A stretch of DNA of 49,489 bases from Methanosuratincolales archaeon. Lineage in GTDB: Archaea > Thermoproteota > Methanomethylicia > Methanomethylicales > Methanomethylicaceae. The DNA is taken from assembly GCA_014361445.1 (NCBI GenBank), contig JACIVQ010000004.1, positions 1 to 49,489 of the forward strand, read 5' to 3'. Both the position numbers and the translations under genes were made by a program. The notes beneath the pieces were generated by a model. That model was not told the DNA's origin. It did not search any database and was given only the letters and a program-made list of their open reading frames with translations. Position 1 is the stretch's first letter; the number at the start of each line of letters is the position of its first letter. Shown piece by piece: positions 28,349 through 37,353 of the stretch.

Positions 28349-29173
28349 ATGGAAAACATAAAATTGAGCATTCCTTTTTCACTACCGCTCTTAGGAGAAT
28401 CATTTATAGACGTTGGTAACCCTGTATTATTCTCAAACATCAACTTCTTCACAAAGGTTGATGTAACCATCAGCAAATTATCAGCAGCTCATGTACCACT
28501 GTCCTCTTCTTCCCTTAAGAGGCTGGTCGAAAATCATTTGAACTCAATCGGCAATACATTCGCTTTTCAAGTAACCCCTCCAGGCAATGACTATCTGACA
28601 CTAACTTCAGCACTCTACATAACAGACTCAGAATCTCTTGAAGACTCTGCTCCCGCCTTACTAAGCAGGCTTAGCGGAAGGCCGCTCATGACGATGGTCA
28701 GATCGCTTTCGGCTCTGTCTGGGGGCTTTGTAGTTTGCAGGAAGGGAGAGGGTCTAGTTTCTCTGAATGGCAACCCTGACGCCTCAGTTCTGCTCAGAAC
28801 AAAAGCCAGAAGAAAGTCTTTGAGCGGCACCATCGGTAGGTTTCATGAGACCTTCCCGGATCTCTCTCAGCCACTATGGCACACCATGGGTCATATTGTA
28901 ATAGAAGGCGGCAAAGCAATAAAGGAAAATAACGCAAAAAAGCTCGGCTACCTGATGATCCTTGAATCCTCGATCGGCTGTGCCATCGGGCTAATAAAAC
29001 CAAAAGACCTCGCCAGGCTCTCCCAGATAAAGACAGCCTATGGTGCTAAGATCTTCTCTTTCGGAGACTTGATGGGAGACCTTATATTGTCCCCGAGGGA
29101 AACCTCACCATGGGGCGAATATCAAAAGTTTTATTTTACAACAACGGGGGTGACCGAAGTTCACGAAAGTTGA
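28349..29173 (+). CDS. Highly divergent mevalonate kinase-like (GHMP fold) protein
   Basis: Syntenic mvk slot; vestiges P..L.L.GE...G.P, GG(F)V, LG.LM, AYGAK; lacks PxxxGLGSS and SGAGGGG. Confidence 0.6.
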   Translation: MENIKLSIPFSLPLLGESFIDVGNPVLFSNINFFTKVDVTISKLSAAHVPLSSSSLKRLVENHLNSIGNTFAFQVTPPGNDYLTLTSALYITDSESLEDSAPALLSRLSGRPLMTMVRSLSALSGGFVVCRKGEGLVSLNGNPDASVLLRTKARRKSLSGTIGRFHETFPDLSQPLWHTMGHIVIEGGKAIKENNAKKLGYLMILESSIGCAIGLIKPKDLARLSQIKTAYGAKIFSFGDLMGDLILSPRETSPWGEYQKFYFTTTGVTEVHES

Positions 29174-29927
29174 GTTCGTCATAAAACTCGGTGGAAGCGC
29201 CATAACAAATAAGAAACAGCCATTCGCCCCAAACTTAGAGGTTATTAAAAACATTTCCCTCGAACTCTCCCAGATCTCTAACAGGCCGCCTTTGATTTTG
29301 GTTTATGGTGGCGGATCCTTCGGACATTACGTTGCAAGAAAATACATCGACAAAGGATTGATAACCGACGCCAAAGGGGTCGCTGAGATTCACTCCGCGA
29401 TGTTCTCTCTGACCAAAATCCTAACTGATCAGTTTCTCCAGCACGGCCTCCCCATCTTCGCGATAAATTCGTCTTCCTCCTTTGTTTTAAAGGACGGCGA
29501 TCTGCAAGATGCTTTTTATGAACCCTTTGAGCTATCCTTAGAACGCGGTCTTATCCCTGTGGTAGGTGGTGATGTGGTCTTTGATTCCTCGTCGGGCGTC
29601 CGGATACTATCAGGAGACAGAATAGCCTCACTGCTCGCCAAAACTTTTCAAGCAAGGGTTTTGGCCTTTGGTACTGATGTTGATGGGATCATATTGAAGG
29701 GATCAACAATCCCCAGGATTAGGGCAAAAGAGATTGGAGAGATTTTGGATCACATTGCGCAAACCCAAGAGGATGTTACTGGGGGGATGGTTGGGAAGCT
29801 CCAGGAGATCGCCTCCTACCTGCTCGAGGGTGGGAAGTTCGCCATAATCTTTAATATAACCCGCCCCGGTCAACTTACTAGACTCCTGTCGGGCAAGGAG
29901 GTATTAGGGACAAATTTTGAGAGTTGA
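29163..29927 (+). CDS. ipk: Isopentenyl phosphate kinase, predicted non-canonical ACG start
   Basis: Frame open upstream of the listed TTG 29292: (ACG)KVEFVIKLGGSAITNK; then GGGSFGH, GDVV, ILSGD, TDVDG, DVTGGM..K. Confidence 0.88.
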   Translation, partial: TKVEFVIKLGGSAITNKKQPFAPNLEVIKNISLELSQISNRPPLILVYGGGSFGHYVARKYIDKGLITDAKGVAEIHSAMFSLTKILTDQFLQHGLPIFAINSSSSFVLKDGDLQDAFYEPFELSLERGLIPVVGGDVVFDSSSGVRILSGDRIASLLAKTFQARVLAFGTDVDGIILKGSTIPRIRAKEIGEILDHIAQTQEDVTGGMVGKLQEIASYLLEGGKFAIIFNITRPGQLTRLLSGKEVLGTNFES

Positions 29928-31024
29928 TTGCGTTGATATCTGATCGAAAACTATCTCATATTTTGATATGCAGGGATTTGGACGTCTCGTTCAAAAAGGG
30001 AACGCACTTTGACGACGTAGACCTGATCCACTGCGCGCTTCCAGAACTTAATTTAGAAGAGATTGACCTTTCAACAAAACTCTTCGGGAAGAAAATCTCA
30101 GCCCCGATTATAATCTCATCAATGACGGGGGGTCATCCCGAGACCAAAAAGATCAATGAACGCCTTGCAAAGGCAGCCAACAAGCTGGACATAGGGATCT
30201 GTGTGGGCAGTCAGCGTGCAGCTCTGGAAAACCATAGTCTAAGAGATACCTTTAGAGTTGTTCGCGAAATTTCAAAAGATCTGCTGGTCATTGCCAACCT
30301 AGGTGCTGCTCAACTCCTCTCACCCAAAGCCAAAGAATACGCAGAGGAAGCAATCTCTATGATAGATGCCGATGCCTTAGCCATCCATCTCAACCCGCTC
30401 CAGGAACTTGTTCAACCCGGTGGCGACGTCAGATTCAGAGGGATAATCGGTGCTCTCTCAGACCTTGCTAAGTCACTCAATAAGCCGCTTATAGTAAAAG
30501 AGATTGGGTGCGGGATCTCTAGAGAGGTGGCCCAAGAGATTACTAGGGCTGGAGCATCTGCAATAGATGTTGCCGGCGCTGGGGGTACAAGCTGGGCCGC
30601 TGTTGAATTTTACAACTCTAAGCAGAATGGCGAGATCCAAAAATCAGAGGTTGCCGAGACCTTCTGGAACTGGGGCATCCCAACCGCTATGAGCCTCTGC
30701 GAGGTCCTCTCACTTAAGCCAAAGTTGAAAGTGATCTCTTCGGGTGGTGTCCAGAACGGTATCCATGTAGCAAAGTCGATCGCTCTAGGAGCAGATCTAG
30801 CAGGCATAGCACGACCTCTGCTTTTACCTGCATTCTCGGGCGACGAGGCTATCGTTGCACGTCTGAACCGCATAATCACAGAGCTCAAAACGACTCTAAT
30901 GCTAGTGGGCTGCCGAAATCTGGACCAGCTGAAGTCTGCTCCACTCGTCATAAAAGGCGATCTCCTCAACTGGATCCTACAGAGAGGTCTGGAGGTGAAA
31001 GGGGTTGATAGAAGAAAAAATTAG
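29924..31024 (+). CDS. fni: Type 2 isopentenyl-diphosphate delta-isomerase
   Basis: RK..HI, MTGG, VGSQRAA, ANLGA, IHLNPLQE..QP.GD, VKE.G.G, G.GGTSW. Confidence 0.96.
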   Translation: MIALISDRKLSHILICRDLDVSFKKGTHFDDVDLIHCALPELNLEEIDLSTKLFGKKISAPIIISSMTGGHPETKKINERLAKAANKLDIGICVGSQRAALENHSLRDTFRVVREISKDLLVIANLGAAQLLSPKAKEYAEEAISMIDADALAIHLNPLQELVQPGGDVRFRGIIGALSDLAKSLNKPLIVKEIGCGISREVAQEITRAGASAIDVAGAGGTSWAAVEFYNSKQNGEIQKSEVAETFWNWGIPTAMSLCEVLSLKPKLKVISSGGVQNGIHVAKSIALGADLAGIARPLLLPAFSGDEAIVARLNRIITELKTTLMLVGCRNLDQLKSAPLVIKGDLLNWILQRGLEVKGVDRRKN

Positions 31025-31970
31025 GCAAGTTGCTTCTCTCATCGACCCGCTCATAAGATCCGCCCTGCATGGAAGCGATAACTTACACAAGGCTGCCCTG
31101 CACCTTCCTAGCCAGGGCGGTAAAAGGATGCGCGCCTTCCTCGTTGTAAAATCTTGCGAACTGGCTGGCGGCGACATCAAATCCGCCCTCCCTGCTGCCG
31201 CAGCCATTGAAGTGCTCCACAACTTCACCCTCATACACGACGACATCATGGATGGCGACCTCTTGAGAAGGGGTGTACCTACCGTTCACACGCTTTGGGG
31301 GGTGCCTATGGGAATACTCGCAGGAGATCTGCTTTTTGCTAAAGCCTTCAACATTCTCCTCTCTGCTAATGTGGACTCGGAAAGGCTGAGGCGATCGGCC
31401 CAGATCCTCTCAGAGTCTGCCATCAGCCTCTCAGAAGGTCAGAGCATGGATATGGACTTCGAATCGAAACTCGATGTGTCTGAGGAGGATTACCTATTAA
31501 TGGTCAGCAAAAAAACCGCCTCCCTTTTCGAGGCAAGCGCAGAGATCGGTGCCACAATAGGGGGAGGAGAACCAGGTCTAGTATCACTTCTGGGCGAGTA
31601 CGGACGTAACCTGGGTATAGGGTTCCAGATCTTTGACGACTACCTAGGGCTGACCTCCAAAGAAGAGGTCTTGGGTAAACCCATAGGAAACGACATAAGA
31701 GAGGGCAAGAAGACTTTAATTGTTATCAGATGCCTGAACTCGCCGCTCAGGGAAAGAATTCTCCCACTCCTTGGAAAGAAATATGCTTCCGATGAAGAAC
31801 TAGCCGCATTAGTAGATGCCATTCGGCAAGAGGGCATAGACGATTATGTACTTGATAAGGCGAACTTTCATATAGCCCTCGCCCTTAAGGCACTTTCCCC
31901 TCTGCCAGACTCACCAACAAAGCAAGATCTCGTCGAGTTGGCAAAGTTTGCAATTTCCAGAACAAAATAG
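31005..31970 (+). CDS. idsA: Geranylgeranyl diphosphate synthase (polyprenyl synthetase)
   Basis: GGKRMR, HNFTLIHDDIMD..LRRG, GQ.MD, KTA.LF, FQIFDDYL, DIREGKKT. Confidence 0.93.
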   Translation: MIEEKIRQVASLIDPLIRSALHGSDNLHKAALHLPSQGGKRMRAFLVVKSCELAGGDIKSALPAAAAIEVLHNFTLIHDDIMDGDLLRRGVPTVHTLWGVPMGILAGDLLFAKAFNILLSANVDSERLRRSAQILSESAISLSEGQSMDMDFESKLDVSEEDYLLMVSKKTASLFEASAEIGATIGGGEPGLVSLLGEYGRNLGIGFQIFDDYLGLTSKEEVLGKPIGNDIREGKKTLIVIRCLNSPLRERILPLLGKKYASDEELAALVDAIRQEGIDDYVLDKANFHIALALKALSPLPDSPTKQDLVELAKFAISRTK

Positions 31971-31983
31971 AGGCGATTATGCC

Positions 31984-33693
31984 ATGAGTGAAGACCTCCG
32001 TACTATATTGAAGAAACATGCCCTTCTCAACGCATTGAAATATGATGGAAAGGCTGACGTAAAGGCTGTGGTTGGAAAAGCTCTCTCTGAGAGCCCAGAC
32101 CTGAGAAAGAAGGCTCCCGTGGTCTTTAAAGTTGCAGAGGACGTGGTCGCAGAGATAAACGCAATGTCTCTCGCAGATCAGAGAGTTTTGGCGGAGGCTC
32201 TAGGCGTCCACATAGTAAAGGAGAAGCCAAAGAGAGAGGAACATTTACTCCCGCCCCTCCCAAACGTTCAAAAGTACTCTAGGGTCCATGTAAGATTCGC
32301 TCCTAATCCAGACTCCGTCATACACCTGGGCAACACTCGCGCAGCCTTGTTGAGCGATGAATATGCCAAAATGTACCGCGGGGTCTTCATTCTCCGTTTC
32401 GAAGATACCTCTCCTTCTGTGAAGCCTCCCATGCCTGAAGCCTATGAAGTTATACGTGAGGATCTGAGATGGCTTGGAGTGAACTGGCACGAGGAGTATA
32501 TACAGTCCGAGCGCCTCCCAATCTACTATGAATATGCGGAGAAGCTCATTAGCATGGGTAGTGCGTACGTCTGCACATGTCGCCCAGAACAGTTCCGGGA
32601 AATGGTCATTGCCAAGAGACCATGCCCCTGCAGGGATCTGCCTTTAGAAATCCAAATAAAGCGATGGGAAGGGATGCTTGATGGCACAATAAAAAAGGGT
32701 GGCGCAGTCCTCCGCATAAAGACTGACCTAACTCATCCGAACCCTGCCATCAGAGACTGGCCTGCGATGCGCATAGACACAAAACCCCATCCACTTCAGG
32801 GTAAAAAGTACAGAGTGTGGCCCCTATACAACTTTGCCTGTGGAATAGATGACCACCTTATGGGGATCACCCACATCCTCCGTGGGAAGGAGCACGAAGT
32901 CAACACTCAGAGGCAGCTTTACCTTTACAAATACTTGGGATGGGAATACCCTGAGGCAATACACTATGGGCGCCTCAAAATAGAGGGCGCGATCCTCAGC
33001 AAGTCCAAGATACGCCAAGGCATAGATTCTGGCATCTACAAGGATTGGAGCGACCCAAGGCTTGGCACGATCGCTGCCCTCAGGAAGAGAGGCTTTTTGC
33101 CCGAGACAATAAGGCGCCTAATACTTGAGGTAGGTGTCAAACCCTCAGAGGCTATGATCAGTTGGGATAATTTGGAAGCCATCAACAGAAAGTTACTGGA
33201 CCCAATCACAAAACGACTCATCTTTGTTCCAGATCCTGTCCCGCTCCAGATCATAGGTTTGCCTAAGGAATTTGTAGCACAGATACCATTACATCCCGAC
33301 CACCCAGAATGGGGCAATATTACCCACAAAGTAACCCCATCTTTGAACACAATTATGGTCTCCTCAAAAGACCTTTCATCGTTCAAACAAGGCACAATAT
33401 TTCGCCTTATGAACCTATTCAATGTTAAACTCTTAGACTCCTCAATATGTGCTTTCTTAAGCGAGAGTGTAGCAGAGATTAAATCGTTGGGTGCGCCTAT
33501 AATCCAATGGCTCCCCAAAGATGCTGGAACTCAACTATCTGTCATAATGCCCGATGCCAAGGTTACTGAAGGGCTGGTCGACACAAATATCCTCAATGAA
33601 ACTTTGCCCAACACATTCCAATTCTACAGGTTTGGATTTGTTAAGGTCTATCGAGAAGACTCCGGCTTGGTGGGATACTATTCCCACGATTAG
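31984..33693 (+). CDS. gltX: Glutamate--tRNA ligase
   Basis: RFAPNP...HLGN, LRFEDT, DDHLMGITHILRGKEH, LSKS, W.DPRL.T. Confidence 0.96.
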   Translation: MSEDLRTILKKHALLNALKYDGKADVKAVVGKALSESPDLRKKAPVVFKVAEDVVAEINAMSLADQRVLAEALGVHIVKEKPKREEHLLPPLPNVQKYSRVHVRFAPNPDSVIHLGNTRAALLSDEYAKMYRGVFILRFEDTSPSVKPPMPEAYEVIREDLRWLGVNWHEEYIQSERLPIYYEYAEKLISMGSAYVCTCRPEQFREMVIAKRPCPCRDLPLEIQIKRWEGMLDGTIKKGGAVLRIKTDLTHPNPAIRDWPAMRIDTKPHPLQGKKYRVWPLYNFACGIDDHLMGITHILRGKEHEVNTQRQLYLYKYLGWEYPEAIHYGRLKIEGAILSKSKIRQGIDSGIYKDWSDPRLGTIAALRKRGFLPETIRRLILEVGVKPSEAMISWDNLEAINRKLLDPITKRLIFVPDPVPLQIIGLPKEFVAQIPLHPDHPEWGNITHKVTPSLNTIMVSSKDLSSFKQGTIFRLMNLFNVKLLDSSICAFLSESVAEIKSLGAPIIQWLPKDAGTQLSVIMPDAKVTEGLVDTNILNETLPNTFQFYRFGFVKVYREDSGLVGYYSHD

Positions 33694-33746
33694 CTGTATT
33701 CTATTAGATTCTGACCAAAAAGCTCATAAATACCCTCCCTTTTCTC

Positions 33747-33786
33747 TTAATCGCAAATGAACGATGAAGTAAACTGAGGGATTAAA
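33747..33786 (+). promoter_or_regulatory. K-turn (C/D-like) element in the rpl7ae 5' UTR
   Basis: c-gat-GA-ag(taaa)ct-GA-g at 33762-33778, flanked by ttaatc/gattaa; TATA cataaata at 33725-33732. Confidence 0.6.
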
Positions 33787-33787
33787 A

Positions 33788-34306
33788 ATGTCTAGTAAAC
33801 CAATATTTGTAAGGTTTGATGTGCCTCCAGAAGTTATGGAGCGCGCATATGAGTGTGTAAAACTAGCCGCAGAAGGCGGCAATATAAGAAAAGGCGCTAA
33901 CGAGTCTACCAAGGCTGTAGAGAGAGGCATGGCAAAGCTGCTTGTCATAGCAATGGACGTGGACCCGCCAGAGATCGTTGCCCATCTGCCCCTTTTGGCA
34001 GATGATAAGAAGATACCATACGTCTATGTTGATTCGAAGAGCAAGCTTGGAAAATCTGCGGGCATAGACGTCTCAACCTCTGCTGTTGCTGTCATAGACC
34101 CCGGAAAAGGCAAGCCGTTGATGGAAGAAGTAATATCGCGTGTCTCAGCCATTAGACTTAAGGGCGCTCCCGAAGCCGAAGCCAAACCAAAAGAGGCTCC
34201 CGAAAAAGAGAAACCAAAGGAAGAAGCGCCTAAAGAAGAAAAGCCTAAGGAGAAACCCAAAAAGAAAGCAGCGAAGAAACCTGAGGCTGAGAAGCCCAGC
34301 GAATAA
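33788..34306 (+). CDS. rpl7ae: Ribosomal protein eL8/L7Ae with Lys/Glu/Pro-rich C-terminal tail
   Basis: IRKGANE.TKAVERG.AKL..IA.DVDPPEIVAHLP. Confidence 0.97.
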   Translation: MSSKPIFVRFDVPPEVMERAYECVKLAAEGGNIRKGANESTKAVERGMAKLLVIAMDVDPPEIVAHLPLLADDKKIPYVYVDSKSKLGKSAGIDVSTSAVAVIDPGKGKPLMEEVISRVSAIRLKGAPEAEAKPKEAPEKEKPKEEAPKEEKPKEKPKKKAAKKPEAEKPSE

Positions 34307-34329
34307 CACCCTTTTTTTGGGGATAAAAT

Positions 34330-34548
34330 ATGAGCGGCGAATCAGGTGAGGCATACCCTGCTGAAGTAATACAAATAGTGGGTAGAACCGGAGTCACCGG
34401 CGAAGTTATACAGGTCAGGGTTCGTGTTTTAGAGGGCAAAGACAAAGGGCGCATCCTCACTAGGAACGTGAAGGGTCCTGTGAGAGTGGGGGACATACTC
34501 ATGCTCAGGGAGACAGAGCGCGAAGCCAAGAAACTCATACCGCGCTGA
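34330..34548 (+). CDS. rps28e: 30S ribosomal protein eS28
   Basis: [34 protein letters not shown]. Confidence 0.98.
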   Translation: MSGESGEAYPAEVIQIVGRTGVTGEVIQVRVRVLEGKDKGRILTRNVKGPVRVGDILMLRETEREAKKLIPR

Positions 34549-34601
34549 ACCACAAAAGTTTATAAATTCACTCCTTTAAAATGGAGGGGAGGCAATCTAT
34601 A

Positions 34602-34784
34602 ATGGTCCGAATATTCAAATGCTCCTTCTGCAATCAAGAGATCGAGGCTGGAACTGGTCTGATGTATGTAAAAAATGACGGGACGATCTTGAGGTTCTGC
34701 TCGAGTAAGTGCAGAAAGAATTTATTGAAATTGAAGAGAACTGCTAGACATCTGAAGTGGGCCTCCAAGGTGCCAGCTAAATGA
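34602..34784 (+). CDS. rpl24e: 50S ribosomal protein eL24
   Basis: CSFC, GTGLMYVKNDG, FCSSKC, KW. Confidence 0.97.
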   Translation: MVRIFKCSFCNQEIEAGTGLMYVKNDGTILRFCSSKCRKNLLKLKRTARHLKWASKVPAK

Positions 34785-35230
34785 TCGAGAGAACATTTGT
34801 GATGATAAAACCCGACGCTGTGCTTCGCGGACTTGTAGGTGAGGTTATCTCGAGATTGGAGCGCAAAGGGCTAAAGATCGTCGGCATGCGAATGATTAAG
34901 ATGTCTGAGGAAGAGGCCTCCTCTCTGTACTCGGTCCACAAGGGAAAGCCTTTTTACGACGAACTCATTCGTTTCATCAGGTCTGCTCCCGTGGTCGTTA
35001 TGGCCATCGAGGGTGAGAGTGCCATCTCGGTTGTCCGCAGGCTAATAGGACCCACAGACTCCAAAGAGGCCCCTCCAGGGACGGTCAGAGGCGACTTTTC
35101 CTGCTCAAAGAGTATGAACATAATCCATGCATCAGACTCTCTAGACAATGCGCAGAGGGAGCTGTCAATATTCTTCAAGGACTCAGAGGTATTGAGTTAC
35201 TCTCGCCTAGATGAGTCGCTCGTAAGGTGA
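34781..35230 (+). CDS. ndk: Nucleoside diphosphate kinase
   Basis: ERTFVMIKPD, PGTVRGDF, NIIHASDS. Confidence 0.98.
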   Translation: MIERTFVMIKPDAVLRGLVGEVISRLERKGLKIVGMRMIKMSEEEASSLYSVHKGKPFYDELIRFIRSAPVVVMAIEGESAISVVRRLIGPTDSKEAPPGTVRGDFSCSKSMNIIHASDSLDNAQRELSIFFKDSEVLSYSRLDESLVR

Positions 35231-35475
35231 CCGCCCCTCCAGCAATGATTTTTAGTAATTTTTCTGCATTTTGCATTTTAATGATTCTGATTTAGAATCC
35301 GTTTCTAATAATGTGCATTTTTATATGCATTTTCTTGTGACTGTTAAATTTTACTAAGCCTTAAGGCAGAGATTTGCTGCTTTCCTTTTTCATGAATTTT
35401 TTTTTATTCTAGCGAATTTCTACTTTTTTGGCAAAATGTATAAGTCACGACGTTTTTTAAATCTCGGGTGAGACG

Positions 35476-37284
35476 ATGCCACTAAGGCAACCTATAGTCA
35501 CAGTCTTGGGTCATGTTGATGTAGGTAAAACTCTGTTGTTGGACAAGATCAGGGGCACAGCCGTGATGGCGCGCGAGGTTGGGGCCATGACCGCTCCTCT
35601 ATTTTAGCGGTGGCAGACCCAGCACATCGGCGCCAGCTTTCTCCCAATGGATGTTATTGTAAAGTATTGCAGCTCTGTTGTTAAAGGATTTGAATCAAAG
35701 ACTCAGCTACCAGGGATCCTGATAATCGATACACCTGGACACGAGGTCTTTTCAAACCTGAGAGTTAGAGGAGGGTCTGTCTCAGATATCTCTATCCTCG
35801 TCATCGACATACTCAAGGGCATTGAACGCCAGACTGAGGAATGTATTGAAATCTTAAGGTCCAGAAAGACGCCCTTTGTTGTTGCTGCGAATAAAGTTGA
35901 CCGGATAGAGGGCTGGAAGTCGCACCCAAACAAACCATTCTTAGAGTCCTATAAACTCCAGGAACCTTACGTCAGGGAAAGGGTAGACGAGATGATTTAC
36001 AGGATCGTTGGAGGACTTGCTAGGTTTGGGTTCTCGTCAGACCGATTCGATCGCATCCGGGACTTCACAAGGTCCGTAGCGATTGTGCCTACAAGCGCGG
36101 TGACAGGGGAAGGAATACCCGAGCTCCTTGCACTCCTATGCGGGCTGGTCCAACAGTACTTAACTCGACGTCTCTCAGTAACTGACGGTCCTGGCAAGGG
36201 GGTCGTCCTTGAGACCAAAGAGGAAGCTGGTCTTGGGACAACTATAGACGTGATATTATACGAAGGGATCCTGCAAAAGGGTGATAGGATCGTTGTAGGT
36301 GGTTTTGAAGGACCTATCGTAACTAAGGTCAGAGCGCTGCTCCTCCCCAAGCCCCTCAACGAGATCCGCGATCCAGAAGACAAGTTCCTATCGGCTGAAA
36401 AGGTCGTAGCTGCGGCGGGTGTGAAGGTTGTTGCGACCGGTCTAGAGGGCGCCGTCGGGGGCGCACCTATTATCGTGGCTAACGACGATTTATCCCTAGA
36501 ACAAGCAAAGAAAAAGATAACCGAGGAGATGTCTGAGCTTAGGTTCTCTACAGACGCCGACGGTATTGTCGTAAAAGCTGATACGCTAGGTTCACTCGAG
36601 GCACTCGTGAAATTCCTTAAGGACTCAGGCATCCCAGTTCGCATCTCAGATATAGGTCCTATTGGGAAGAGAGAGGTGATCGAGGCAGCGATCGTCAAGA
36701 GGAGGCGACCTGAACTTGCAGCAATCGTGGGTTTCAATATAAAGGTCACACCAGAGGCTGAATTAGAATCGCGGAATCGTGGCATCCCGATATTCACAAG
36801 TAATGTGATCTACCACATAGTCGACGACTTCAAGGCATGGTCCGCAAAGACCTTGGAGGATATTCGAACTAAGGAGTTCAGCCAGATAACTTTGCCTGGC
36901 GAAGTAAGGATCATTCCTGGCTGCGTCTTCAGAAAGAGCTCTCCACCAATATTTGGCGTCGAGGTATTAGCTGGCACAATTAAGCCTGGCTATCCTTTAA
37001 TGAAGGAGAATGGAGAAGTTTTGGGCGAGATAATGCAGATCCAAGACAGCGGCAAGACTATAGACCTCGCAAAGAAAGGCGACAAAGTGGCGATCTCGAT
37101 GAAAGGGAACTTTATGGTCGGCCGTCAAGTGAAGGAGGGTGATACACTCATGGTATCGGTGCCTGACAATGACATATTTCTGCTAAAAGAAAAGTTCAGT
37201 GACAAAATCTCTAAGGAGGAACTCGACCTTCTAGATAAGATCCTTAAAATTCGCTGGAAGGACTCGCCCCTTGGGACCTCCTGA
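35476..37284 (+). CDS. infB: Translation initiation factor aIF5B (IF2); join(35476..35589,35617..37284), 593 aa after splicing
   Basis: Exon 1 [38 protein letters not shown] (G1 motif) is absent from the ORF track; exon 2 TQHIGASF...IDTPGHE...NKVD...[11 protein letters not shown]; GGGTGA SD before ATG 35476. Confidence 0.95.
35590..35616 (+). other. 27-nt bulge-helix-bulge intron in infB mRNA with an in-frame TAG (35605-35607)
   Basis: GTTGGG-GCCA-TG^A-CCGCT-(cctctatttt)-AGCGG-TGGC-AG^A-CCCAGC: 6-bp outer helix, 4-bp central helix, two 3-nt bulges, 5-bp inner helix. Confidence 0.88.
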
Positions 37285-37288
37285 TGTG

Positions 37289-37303
37289 CGAAAGGGTTAT
37301 AAA
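37289..37303 (+). promoter_or_regulatory. BRE/TATA promoter upstream of rps6e
   Basis: cgaaaggg-ttataaa. Confidence 0.6.
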
Positions 37304-37353
37304 CAATATCATACTTCGAACTCTCTTAACAAAGAAATTAACGGTGATAATAA

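Noticed and set aside
35228-35239. tgaccgcccctc after ndk resembles the 5' end of the infB intron (tgaccgctcctc)
   Set aside because: Only an 11/12 match with no complementary partner strand or BHB; likely chance.
35605-35607. TAG in infB read as pyrrolysine or as a pseudogenising mutation
   Set aside because: Readthrough would leave 9 extra residues in switch I. The insert matches BHB cleavage geometry to the base and the rest of the gene is intact, so an intron explains it better.
35997-36797. 266-aa minus-strand ORF
   Set aside because: Antisense shadow of infB; no motifs or translation signals.
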